A DNA stretch of 12,458 nucleotides from Chlamydiia bacterium (GTDB lineage Bacteria > Chlamydiota > Chlamydiia > Chlamydiales > Parachlamydiaceae), in contig JBBSJT010000069.1 of NCBI GenBank assembly GCA_038257035.1, positions 1 to 12,458 on the forward strand, read 5' to 3'. Positions 1 to 7,811 of this stretch are shown here, piece by piece. The stretch's first letter is position 1, and each line of letters begins with the position of its first letter. The translations under genes and the position numbers were made by a program. The notes beneath the pieces were generated by a model that searched no databases, was not told where the DNA came from, and saw only the letters and a list, made by a program, of their open reading frames with translations.

Positions 1-1005
1 AGCGCAAGGGCAAATAGGCTTGCCACTTATAATTTTGCACTTCTTGCTCTAAGGTTTCTTCCCTTAATGACTACCAATTCAAATTCTAAAAAACTTTTCG
101 TCAGCCTTAAAAAAAATTGGGAACCTCTAAATTTTTTAGAAGACGACCCGGAATGTGCAACTCTTACAAAAATTAAAATTGCAGATTTCGAGTGCCGTCT
201 AAGTTTTTGGTTGGCAAAACCTTACGTTCTTGTTGAAACCCTCGATGCACTTTTAAAAAAATCCGAGGAGCAAATAGAGGGTTTTGTTACAATCATGAAC
301 CTTCTTTTTTCTTTGATCGAGCTTGGATCTTTATCTTTGGCAGAACAAAAAATAGAAGAGTTTGAAAAAGTCATTTCGGCAACTTACGATTTTGATTTAT
401 TAAAATTGGCCGCTTCTTCAAGAAAGAATGATTTGGCAACAATTTTTGAAAAATGTTTTCTTATTTTTCCAAAAACTTTAACTAAAAAGGAAATGCGTCT
501 TGTTCATTTTCTGTTAGACCGTGCTTTAGTTTTAGAACAATTTCCGCTCATAAAAAAAGTGTGTGAAGATTTAAAAAATTATGTGTTAACAAAAGATGAT
601 CAGTTGCAAATCAATTATTTTCTGATAGCATCTTTGATCTTGGAACAGCAATTTACAGAAGCTAATGAAATTCTTCAGAGCTATTCCTTGGAGCTTCTTA
701 ACCAGGAAACAACTCCCCTGCATTTTCTATATGGATGCTGGCTCTACATGATGGAAGGCAAAGAAATTGCAAAAATCCACTTTTCGGGGGCGTTGGAAGT
801 CTCTTTTCCAAGAACTTTTGCGCTAGGTACTTATTATTTGAATGGACAGCTTAGCGAGGATAGTTATTGGTTTAAGCGTTCATTCATGTGGGAAAGAAGA
901 AAGCTTTATCAGCAGCTCATTCTTTTCTACTTAATTCGTGGCGATCGTGCCAAAGTGGACTATTTCAAACTCCTCGAAAAGAAGCAATACATTGATGCGC
1001 TGTAA
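1..1005 (+). CDS. pknD: C-terminal part of a chlamydial Ser/Thr protein kinase PknD-like protein (5'-truncated by the window; kinase domain not in view)
   Basis: Frame +1 is open from base 1 (SARANRLATYNFALLALRFLPLM...), so the ATG at 67 is probably internal. The helical, TPR-like C-terminus FLYGCWL...HFSG...FPRT...WERRKLYQQL.LFY...GD resembles the chlamydial PknD tail as I recall it. valS, the usual chlamydial neighbour of pknD, lies downstream on the same strand. Confidence 0.72.
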   Translation, partial: SARANRLATYNFALLALRFLPLMTTNSNSKKLFVSLKKNWEPLNFLEDDPECATLTKIKIADFECRLSFWLAKPYVLVETLDALLKKSEEQIEGFVTIMNLLFSLIELGSLSLAEQKIEEFEKVISATYDFDLLKLAASSRKNDLATIFEKCFLIFPKTLTKKEMRLVHFLLDRALVLEQFPLIKKVCEDLKNYVLTKDDQLQINYFLIASLILEQQFTEANEILQSYSLELLNQETTPLHFLYGCWLYMMEGKEIAKIHFSGALEVSFPRTFALGTYYLNGQLSEDSYWFKRSFMWERRKLYQQLILFYLIRGDRAKVDYFKLLEKKQYIDAL

Positions 1006-1017
1006 AAGGGATTTCTA

Positions 1018-1034
1018 ATCTGCCTCAGGTAGAT
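1018..1034. terminator. Weak hairpin between convergent genes, possible terminator
   Basis: ATCTGCC-TCA-GGTAGAT stem (one G-U pair) 13 nt after the stop at 1005. No strong U-tract. Confidence 0.25.
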
Positions 1035-1095
1035 CAAACTAGGTAAATATGGATCTGTAAAACCGACATTTAAAAACAAAGAAGGAGGGTTATTT

Positions 1096-2181
1096 TTACA
1101 TTTTGTTGAGTTGTTCTTTGTAACTATATAATTTTTCTAATTCAGCTTGTTTCCTGTCGAGTGAAGTACTGAGATTATTAATAAAATTATTTCGGTGAGA
1201 AATGTCATTTTTATATTCTTCTTTAATTTCAGCATAATTATCCGGGGTCTCATTATATAATTTTTTAGCAGAATTTAAATTTTCTAAAGCCTTTTGATAA
1301 TTATCTTTGTGGCCTTGATCTACTTTACCCTCATCCTTAGCAAGGTTGAAAGATTTTGTGGCATTTTCAAAATTTTTTGTAGCTTTGTCTAAATTAGCTT
1401 CCGAGTTTGCATATTTATTAATTGTTTCACGCATTTCAGAATATTGTTTTTTAATCTCTTTGAAAGCACCTAATTCCTCTTTTTGTTTTTTAACAGCAAC
1501 GATATCACTACTGATGTCTTTCAAGGTTGACAAACCACTGCTTTTAAAATCCTTTGGTGCATATTCTCTTGCATCAAATGATTCTTCTTTCCTAATAAAA
1601 CCATTGAGATTGTCATCCAATTTTGCAATATTACCACTCGTATCTTTTATGGCTTCTTTTAATTCCTCTTTATTTTTTCTTGCCTCGACCACAGGTCCAC
1701 CTAAAGCGCCGAAATCTACCATTCCAGAGGTGGGTAATTTCATCATCGACTTCGCATGAGCTTCTGCTTGGGCTTGCATCAGACTATGTTCAGATATTTT
1801 TGGTTGATCAACTGGCACTTTAATACCAAGATTTAAATGGGCAAATTTATTGATTTTTGGAGCAGTAACCTGAGGGTTTTGCTGTTTAGTCTCTGTTTCT
1901 TGTTTAATTTGGGTATTTGGTTTAACTTCTGCTGCCTCTTGTTTAATTTCTGATTTGAATGAAAGAGTACTGATACGTCTACCAAAGGTACCAAGGGTAG
2001 GCCTAGTTTTTACAGCTTCTTCTTGAGGTTTGGTGATCACCTCTCTTTGGACTTCTGCTTTCTGGACTTCTGTCTTATTACTTAGATTGGCAAGTGACTT
2101 TGTCCTGGTAAGCAAACTTGGTTTTTTTGCGGTCTGTTGCTCGATAGGTTGATTTACTGGTCTGTTCGAAGTTGGGTCCAT
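1096..2181 (-). CDS. Hypothetical hydrophilic protein, 361 aa: disordered N-terminus, coiled-coil C-terminus; candidate secreted effector
   Basis: Long ORF with a strong SD (AGGGAGG) 5 nt before the ATG and its own promoter match. N-terminal third is rich in Q/K/T/P/E/S; C-terminal half is a heptad-like K/E/N-rich helix. No TM segment. Confidence 0.85.
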   Translation of the reverse strand: MDPTSNRPVNQPIEQQTAKKPSLLTRTKSLANLSNKTEVQKAEVQREVITKPQEEAVKTRPTLGTFGRRISTLSFKSEIKQEAAEVKPNTQIKQETETKQQNPQVTAPKINKFAHLNLGIKVPVDQPKISEHSLMQAQAEAHAKSMMKLPTSGMVDFGALGGPVVEARKNKEELKEAIKDTSGNIAKLDDNLNGFIRKEESFDAREYAPKDFKSSGLSTLKDISSDIVAVKKQKEELGAFKEIKKQYSEMRETINKYANSEANLDKATKNFENATKSFNLAKDEGKVDQGHKDNYQKALENLNSAKKLYNETPDNYAEIKEEYKNDISHRNNFINNLSTSLDRKQAELEKLYSYKEQLNKM

Positions 2182-2218
2182 AAATTCCTCCCTTAAAAAA
2201 ACTGTAAGCTATACATTT

Positions 2219-2247
2219 ATTATATTAAATAATAATAAATAACACAA
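2219..2247 (-). promoter_or_regulatory. Putative sigma70/sigma66 promoter of the 361-aa gene
   Basis: Minus strand TTGTGT (2247-2242), 17 bp, TATAAT (2224-2219). Confidence 0.5.
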
Positions 2248-2280
2248 CCTAGTTTATTAAGGAAAGAGTTTGTTTAAATC

Positions 2281-3576
2281 TTACTTAAGACTAACGTCGG
2301 GTATTAATTGAGTTCGCCTGTTCCATAAATAAAACGGAAGGCCGGTTAGTGGGATAAGAGCGGCAAAAGTAACTATTACAATGCCTGATGAATAAAGCGC
2401 CCATCCGCAAAAGCTAAGAGCGAATAGGCTAATAAAGACGCCCTTGGTATTTTGAGACTCAATACAAATTTTAAGATGACTTAAGGTAGATAAAACATAG
2501 ATGAAAAGAAAGGCTGTAACAGAAACATCGACAATCATATTGATTTGCTGAATGAGGTCTTGGTACATGGTTGCTATTAAAACAGGAATCATTCCAACCG
2601 ATGAGAAAATTAACCCCCATTTTGGTGCACCAAACCTATTTTTAACGCAAAAAACCTTTGGTAAGTGACCATCCGTTGCAGCGCCTAATGCAATTTGTCC
2701 GCTAGTTAAGACCCAGGCATTTAAAGTGCCAATACACACAACAGCTGCAGCAATCGAGATTGCCAAATACCAATTACCACCAAATATGATTTGGGCAGCA
2801 TCAGCAAAAGGAGCTTTCGATAGGGCTAAACTTTCCGGCGGTACAACTCCCATGATCACCGTGCTGCTAAAAATGTAGATGAGGGCAACAATCAAAGTGC
2901 CAACAATAATTGCACGGGGGATTGTTTTTTGCGGATTTTCAACAGATCCTGCAGTTGTCGTCGCTGATTCCACCCCAATAAAACCCCATAAAGTGAGCAA
3001 GGCTGCAGAATTTAACACAGTTAGGGTAGAATCCGTCGTTGGATTGAACGGCTCAAAATGAGATATGTTAAAGAAGAATAAACCGGCAAAAGGTACAAGA
3101 AATAGCGGAAGTAATTTAAGAATTGAAAAGAAAAAATCAACTCGCCCTGCCGATGATACTCCAGATAAATTTAAACTTGTAATCGATAAAAGAATCGTAA
3201 TTTCAAGCATAAGATTTGAAAATGGATGCAATGTGCCAAAAATGGGGCTTAAGTAACTGACAATGGAAATAACAACCATAGGAGTGCTCATCCAGGAGAT
3301 AACCCAATAAGTCCAGGCAGAAAAGAAACCTAAAGTTTTACCAAATGAATATTCGATAAAGGTGTGAGGACCACCTGTTTTTGGAATTTTTGCAGAAAGA
3401 TTGGCAAAGACCATGGCAAGGAGCATAGCGCCGAAAGCTGTAATAAGCCAGCTGCTGAGGCCTGCAGCCCCAAAGAGGGCCATGCTTGCCGGAAGTAAAA
3501 AGATTCCCGTCCCGATTTGACTGCCGGCCACAAGTGAAGTTACATTCCAAAATCCCATTTTCTTTTGCGAGGTCAT
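2281..3576 (-). CDS. APC-superfamily amino acid/polyamine permease (AdiC/PotE/CadB-like), ~431 aa
   Basis: About 12 hydrophobic segments. TM1 motif GSQIGTGIF, loop P-K-T-G-G-P, TM6 motif LWGFIGVESA, and NPQKTIPRA. Start placed at ATG 3576 (MTSQKKMGFW) because GGAG precedes it. Substrate cannot be assigned from sequence alone. Confidence 0.93.
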   Translation of the reverse strand: MTSQKKMGFWNVTSLVAGSQIGTGIFLLPASMALFGAAGLSSWLITAFGAMLLAMVFANLSAKIPKTGGPHTFIEYSFGKTLGFFSAWTYWVISWMSTPMVVISIVSYLSPIFGTLHPFSNLMLEITILLSITSLNLSGVSSAGRVDFFFSILKLLPLFLVPFAGLFFFNISHFEPFNPTTDSTLTVLNSAALLTLWGFIGVESATTTAGSVENPQKTIPRAIIVGTLIVALIYIFSSTVIMGVVPPESLALSKAPFADAAQIIFGGNWYLAISIAAAVVCIGTLNAWVLTSGQIALGAATDGHLPKVFCVKNRFGAPKWGLIFSSVGMIPVLIATMYQDLIQQINMIVDVSVTAFLFIYVLSTLSHLKICIESQNTKGVFISLFALSFCGWALYSSGIVIVTFAALIPLTGLPFYLWNRRTQLIPDVSLK

Positions 3577-3639
3577 TATAATTCTCCAAAAATTTAGCTT
3601 AAGCAACCAATTGTAATCTGATCATTTTGGAGAATTATA
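3577..3639 (-). promoter_or_regulatory. RBS-sequestering stem-loop in the permease leader
   Basis: Perfect 15-bp inverted repeat: TATAATTCTCCAAAA (3577-3591) and TTTTGGAGAATTATA (3625-3639). On the mRNA the 3' arm contains the SD GGAG and ends at the base before the ATG. Confidence 0.6.
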
Positions 3640-3689
3640 GGAATTATAGAAAGGAAAATTTGAAAATTTTATTTCCTCAAAGATTCCCA

Positions 3690-3893
3690 CTAGACTCCCG
3701 GCCTTTGATTATGATCATTACCTGCGTTCATGTCTTGAAAACCCAAAGCTATATTTGCAAAAGCATCTAATGGACCCTGATTAGCAGCAAGCCAACGGTT
3801 GACAATTCGTGGCGCACCATAATGTTGAGGATTTCCAACGTTTACAACCATCGGCCCTTGAATAGGCATATTGTTATTGTAAAGATTATTCAT
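3690..3893 (-). CDS. Small N/G/P-rich hypothetical protein, 67 aa (MNNLYNNNMPIQGP...)
   Basis: Start moved to ATG 3893, which has SD AAGGAG 7 nt upstream and a good promoter further upstream. No recognisable domain. Confidence 0.6.
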   Translation of the reverse strand: MNNLYNNNMPIQGPMVVNVGNPQHYGAPRIVNRWLAANQGPLDAFANIALGFQDMNAGNDHNQRPGV

Positions 3894-3936
3894 AAATAAA
3901 CTCCTTTTTAATTTAAAAAAACAATTAACAAGATAT

Positions 3937-3965
3937 AAGTTAACATAAATCCATTTGTTTGTCAA
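3937..3965 (-). promoter_or_regulatory. Putative sigma70/sigma66 promoter of the 67-aa gene
   Basis: Minus strand TTGACA (3965-3960), 17 bp, TAACTT (3942-3937), with TG at the extended -10 position. Confidence 0.6.
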
Positions 3966-4047
3966 CAATCGAAAGTATTTGTTAATTTAGTATATAGAAT
4001 AAGGATTAATTAATTGTTTGCCCCGGGGAAGAGGTGTACAGAATAAC

Positions 4048-4383
4048 TTAGATGTTTAAATTTGCTGCCATTTTGACTATTCCAGGATTATTGGAATTTA
4101 TAAATCCTTGCTGAATTTGATTTATAACACCACGTTGAATCATTTCTTCAATTTCACGCTTTCTTGTATCGGTAGATGAGTCGAGAAGCAATTTAAATAC
4201 TTGACCACCGACTAAAAGCCCTATTCCAACTGAAGTAAATCCGCTTAAACCTAGCCCGCTTATTAAACCAACAGAAGTAGCGACAAACGCTGTTTTGACA
4301 ATGACTTTAGCTTTATCTGATTTAGATAATAATGAAAAATCATTATAAATATTTTGAATGTATTCTTTTATTCCACTAATCAT
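4048..4383 (-). CDS. Small membrane protein, 111 aa, with a ~40-residue Gly-rich hydrophobic stretch (Inc-like candidate)
   Basis: SD AAGGA and a promoter match upstream. Hydrophobic stretch VIVKTAFVATSVGLISGLGLSGFTSVGIGLLVGGQVFKLLL followed by a charged tail. Confidence 0.75.
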   Translation of the reverse strand: MISGIKEYIQNIYNDFSLLSKSDKAKVIVKTAFVATSVGLISGLGLSGFTSVGIGLLVGGQVFKLLLDSSTDTRKREIEEMIQRGVINQIQQGFINSNNPGIVKMAANLNI

Positions 4384-4408
4384 CGATTAAATCCTTTTGT
4401 TTTTAATT

Positions 4409-4437
4409 AACATAACAAAGTAAACTATTAATTGCAA
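4409..4437 (-). promoter_or_regulatory. Putative sigma70/sigma66 promoter of the 111-aa gene
   Basis: Minus strand TTGCAA (4437-4432), 17 bp, TATGTT (4414-4409), with extended -10 TG. Confidence 0.5.
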
Positions 4438-4483
4438 TGAATTTTTAAAAACTAAGGCAGCCTCTTTTGGGGGTAAGCCTTAT

Positions 4484-4583
4484 GGGACAGTTCTCGCACA
4501 ATTTCATAACTTTTAATCAACGGATTTAGAGATAGAGTTTTTTGATGAGATTAAAAGTAACGCAATTATGCGAAAACCGTCCC
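4484..4583. repeat. 100-bp element bounded by 35-bp imperfect inverted repeats (MITE-like or structured RNA)
   Basis: Arms 4484-4518 and 4549-4583 match at 29/35 positions without gaps; 30-bp spacer. Confidence 0.8.
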
Positions 4584-4625
4584 CACATTCCTAACGTTTT
4601 CAACTAAAAGAAGCCTTCATGTAAA

Positions 4626-4642
4626 CCAGGGCGTTGCCCTGG
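4626..4642 (-). terminator. GC-rich hairpin after the F-box gene: probable terminator or REP-like palindrome
   Basis: Minus strand CCAGGGC-AAC-GCCCTGG followed by TTT, about 24 nt after the stop at 4666. Confidence 0.5.
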
Positions 4643-4665
4643 GAACAAAATAAATAATAAAAATA

Positions 4666-5406
4666 TCAACCATCGTTTTTGCTGGAAAGGGAAAAGGCGG
4701 CGCCAATAGTATCATTTGAAAAGCCTGGATCGACAACGTCTATTACAAATTTGGTATTGCCCATCGTTACGATAATAGCATCGCCTTCATCATCGGTTTC
4801 CTTAACAAGCAAATAGGATGAGCGAGAATATGGGTCATATATAGGGCTTTCTTCCAAATTATTCATTAAAGTACTGACAACAGCATCTATTAAATGAATC
4901 ATTTCATAGCCTTTGTTTTTCACCATTTCTTGCACGATTGGAAATTCCTTGTTCCTCGTTTCTTCAGTCAAATTCCTATTTAAAAGAACCCAATGAGCTT
5001 TACCGGCTATGTCATTAACCTTAATATTTACTAGGGGATGCACATAATTACTTTCAAAAGCTTCTTTTCCATTTTTATAATCACTTACAAATTTATCAAA
5101 ACTTGCTAAGTCAAGGGGAACTTTGTTTAATCCTTCAGGAATAAGAGTCAGCATATTTACTGCAGGATCAAATTTAACGTACATTTTTAATGGTAAATTT
5201 GGAACATCGCCAGGATCACCTTTATATTTTAGCCATGAGGCTTTACCAAAAACACCTTTAGGCAAGTTATTATTGGCATAGAGGTTCGTCAATGTTTCAA
5301 ATTGCTTATTTACACATGCATTGGCAATTAAATCCTTACCTTGCACATGCTCTAAAATATGATTAAATATTTCTACAGGAAACGATGCTCCGATTTCATT
5401 CAGCAT
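4666..5406 (-). CDS. F-box domain protein, 246 aa (eukaryote-like effector candidate)
   Basis: N-terminus FPVEIFNHILEHVQGKDLIANACVNKQFETL fits the F-box pattern LPxEIxxxILxxLxxxDLxxxxxVxKxFxxL. It is followed by FGKASWLKYKGDPGDVPNLP, LTLIP, HWVLL and TRNK blocks that I recall from environmental-chlamydia paralog families. SD AGGGG. Confidence 0.75.
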   Translation of the reverse strand: MLNEIGASFPVEIFNHILEHVQGKDLIANACVNKQFETLTNLYANNNLPKGVFGKASWLKYKGDPGDVPNLPLKMYVKFDPAVNMLTLIPEGLNKVPLDLASFDKFVSDYKNGKEAFESNYVHPLVNIKVNDIAGKAHWVLLNRNLTEETRNKEFPIVQEMVKNKGYEMIHLIDAVVSTLMNNLEESPIYDPYSRSSYLLVKETDDEGDAIIVTMGNTKFVIDVVDPGFSNDTIGAAFSLSSKNDG

Positions 5407-5419
5407 TATAATCCCCTTA

Positions 5420-6604
5420 TTATACAGTTTTTACAGGTGGTAAAATTTCTTCAAAAGCTTGGTTCTTGAAGAAATTATAGGCAAATTTACCAATATTGGT
5501 CAAGCATGCCCCTGCAAGAAATGCAAGCCCTACAGGGGTTACCGGTGCTGCAAGAGTAATGCTACTTCCAATTATTGATAAACTCGCCGCTGCTATGTCA
5601 AGCCCATCAGATACCATTTTTGTTTGAACTCTTCCAATGATCGCCTCAAAAATTTCTTGAGCAACTTTTTCTTGTTCTGTACCTTTTGATAATTTAAAGC
5701 GGTGATCAATACGATTAAACAACTCAGCTTTTTTAAGAGAAGTATGTTTTTTTATTCCCTTCATTCCAATTAAGTCAATTAAAGCTACAACATAAGTTTT
5801 ATCTTCGGTTTTTAGCTCTTTTACATTCTTTAAGAAAACAGCGCTTTCAGCGCAACCCTTTGTGCTTCGAACAATAGCAACACCTGATAAAACTAGAGCA
5901 AAAATGGAAAGAAGATTAGTAGCTGTTAGAATATCTTTTGCTGCAATAGCTATCTTTTGTACTCCCTCAAAAACTTGAGATAATCCATTTACGCCTTTAA
6001 GTGTAGAAGATGCAGCTTCGGTTAAACCTCCCAAAGACTCTACAACTGTTATTGCGCCATCAATTTTTTTTGAAAGCCCATCTTTATATAAAATTCTTTC
6101 ATAACCTTTGAACATCGAGTAAATGGAAAGCAGTCCCACTGCGCCCCCAATAAATTTACCTGCAACACCAAGACTTTCTACAACTTTATAATCCGTGACT
6201 GTTTTCATTACAGATTCAAAGGTGTTTTTTACTTTTTCAACAATATCAATTAATACATCGGATGATTTACCTAATGATTGAAAAGTTAAATTGATCCATT
6301 GATAAATGTCAAATGGTGAACCTGTGCCTTTTGGAGCTAAACTCGTATGAATTGAAGAAGTCAAAATCATCAGTTTAACACTATTACTAACAGGGTCCAT
6401 ATAAGGTGCTATTTTATTAACAACTGATGCAACTGGATTTATAATAGAACCTGCGAAGTTGCCGATAGCTTTGAAAACTTGCGTTGCCACATCAGAAATT
6501 TTTGAAGAAACACTTAAGTCTTTTTCAGCCGCAGCTAATTGAACCTCTACGATTTCCCATCCATTCATCAAATCTAAATTGGCTATTCTATTAACATCAC
6601 TCAT
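5420..6604 (-). CDS. Hypothetical helical protein with several hydrophobic hairpins, 394 aa (paralog of the upstream gene)
   Basis: SD AGGAG. Rich in A/G/S/V/I/L, with a C-terminal hydrophobic hairpin GLDIAAASLSIIGSSITLAAPVTPVGLAFLAGACLTNIGKFAYN. No Sec signal peptide. Confidence 0.88.
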   Translation of the reverse strand: MSDVNRIANLDLMNGWEIVEVQLAAAEKDLSVSSKISDVATQVFKAIGNFAGSIINPVASVVNKIAPYMDPVSNSVKLMILTSSIHTSLAPKGTGSPFDIYQWINLTFQSLGKSSDVLIDIVEKVKNTFESVMKTVTDYKVVESLGVAGKFIGGAVGLLSIYSMFKGYERILYKDGLSKKIDGAITVVESLGGLTEAASSTLKGVNGLSQVFEGVQKIAIAAKDILTATNLLSIFALVLSGVAIVRSTKGCAESAVFLKNVKELKTEDKTYVVALIDLIGMKGIKKHTSLKKAELFNRIDHRFKLSKGTEQEKVAQEIFEAIIGRVQTKMVSDGLDIAAASLSIIGSSITLAAPVTPVGLAFLAGACLTNIGKFAYNFFKNQAFEEILPPVKTV

Positions 6605-6623
6605 TTGACACTCCTCGTTCTAA

Positions 6624-7709
6624 CTAATAAATAATTCCATCTTCATCATGTTCATAATCCGGTTCTACTTTAGCAGCAGGAACCTGTGAATAACGGTTCA
6701 ATTTTTCCTTTAAATCTTCTGATTTACTCTCGTTGTATAAATATTTACCGATCGAAACAATTGCTCCTGCTGCCATTAGTCCATTTGCTACAGGGGTATA
6801 AGGTGTAAAAAGTAACACGCTTGTTCCGATTAGATTGACACTGTCAGAAACTATGGAAAGCGCGTGATTGGTTATTTTGCTGTGCACTCTATTTTTCAAC
6901 GTTTTGTACACGTCCTCTAAATTTCTTTGCGCTATTTGATGTCCTATTCCGAAATCTGCTTTATTATTCTCAAAAATTCGCTCAACTTTGCCGATCGTTT
7001 GTTCATTGATTTCAGGTATATGTTTTTGGATACCCTGTTTTGCCAATAATGATGTAATCAAGGCTTTATAATTTTTAGCTCCTAAATTTGCTTCGAGCTC
7101 TTCGATTTCATTTAGAAGAGCGTTTGTTTCATAAATTCCTTTACCGGCAGCTGCTAACGATGCCACAGATAACGCACACCTTAAGATTGTTGCAGCGAAA
7201 ATCCAATCGAGCGAATCCTTCCCAATTTTACCCATTAACTCAAGTAACTCGGCGTTTGCTACAGCAGATTTCACCCCTTTTCCAACCGATAAGATCATTT
7301 CAATAAAACCATCGATTTTATCGTTCATTTCAGGATTAGTTAAGATTTTTTCCCAGGCTTTTATGAATTCGTAAACAGCAATCGGGCCAATCATTGCAGA
7401 GGTAACTTTTCCTATAAGGCTCAAATTTTTAACTGCATCTGTAATTTCCTTAGTGTCTAACTCTTTGATATTTGACCAAAAGGCTTCCGTTGCTTTTGCA
7501 GTTTTGACAGCACCATTAATAACCGTGTCGCCAATACCTGCAATTTTTCTGTAAAGAGTTATAACTTCGGCCGTCACACTGGAAAGTTCTCTGACAACAG
7601 CGCTTGTAAAAAGCTTAAATTTAGTAGGTGGCAAAAGAGGTGCATCGTCCCAATCCATATAAAATACTTCTTCGTTTAACCTAGATTTATTAACAGATAA
7701 AGAACTCAT
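6624..7709 (-). CDS. Hypothetical helical protein with several hydrophobic hairpins, ~361 aa (paralog of the downstream gene)
   Basis: Start likely ATG 7709 (MSSLSVNK; GGAG 6 nt upstream) rather than 7721. C-terminal hairpin ALSIVSDSVNLIGTSVLLFTPYTPVANGLMAAGAIVSIGKYLYN, then an acidic tail. Confidence 0.88.
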   Translation of the reverse strand: MSSLSVNKSRLNEEVFYMDWDDAPLLPPTKFKLFTSAVVRELSSVTAEVITLYRKIAGIGDTVINGAVKTAKATEAFWSNIKELDTKEITDAVKNLSLIGKVTSAMIGPIAVYEFIKAWEKILTNPEMNDKIDGFIEMILSVGKGVKSAVANAELLELMGKIGKDSLDWIFAATILRCALSVASLAAAGKGIYETNALLNEIEELEANLGAKNYKALITSLLAKQGIQKHIPEINEQTIGKVERIFENNKADFGIGHQIAQRNLEDVYKTLKNRVHSKITNHALSIVSDSVNLIGTSVLLFTPYTPVANGLMAAGAIVSIGKYLYNESKSEDLKEKLNRYSQVPAAKVEPDYEHDEDGIIY

Positions 7710-7740
7710 TACTAACTCCATTTTATTATTTATAAATCTA

Positions 7741-7749
7741 ATTATAACA
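7741..7749 (-). promoter_or_regulatory. Extended -10 element for the three-gene operon
   Basis: Minus strand TGTTATAAT about 30 nt upstream of the start. No clear -35. Confidence 0.45.
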
Positions 7750-7811
7750 TTACAATATTAAGAGTCCTTAAAGACAAAGTTAATATTAGAAAAATTTTTA
7801 AAGTCTTTGTA

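Noticed and set aside
1346..3589. Short ORFs at 1346-1759, 1623-1823, 2879-3061, 3065-3256, 3330-3533 and 3338-3589
   Set aside because: Antisense or alternate-frame shadows wholly inside better-supported genes; no motifs.
5420..7709. Naming the paralog pair copB/copD or inc
   Set aside because: No recognisable sequence identity and no adjacent TPR chaperone gene; only the general hydrophobic architecture is shared.
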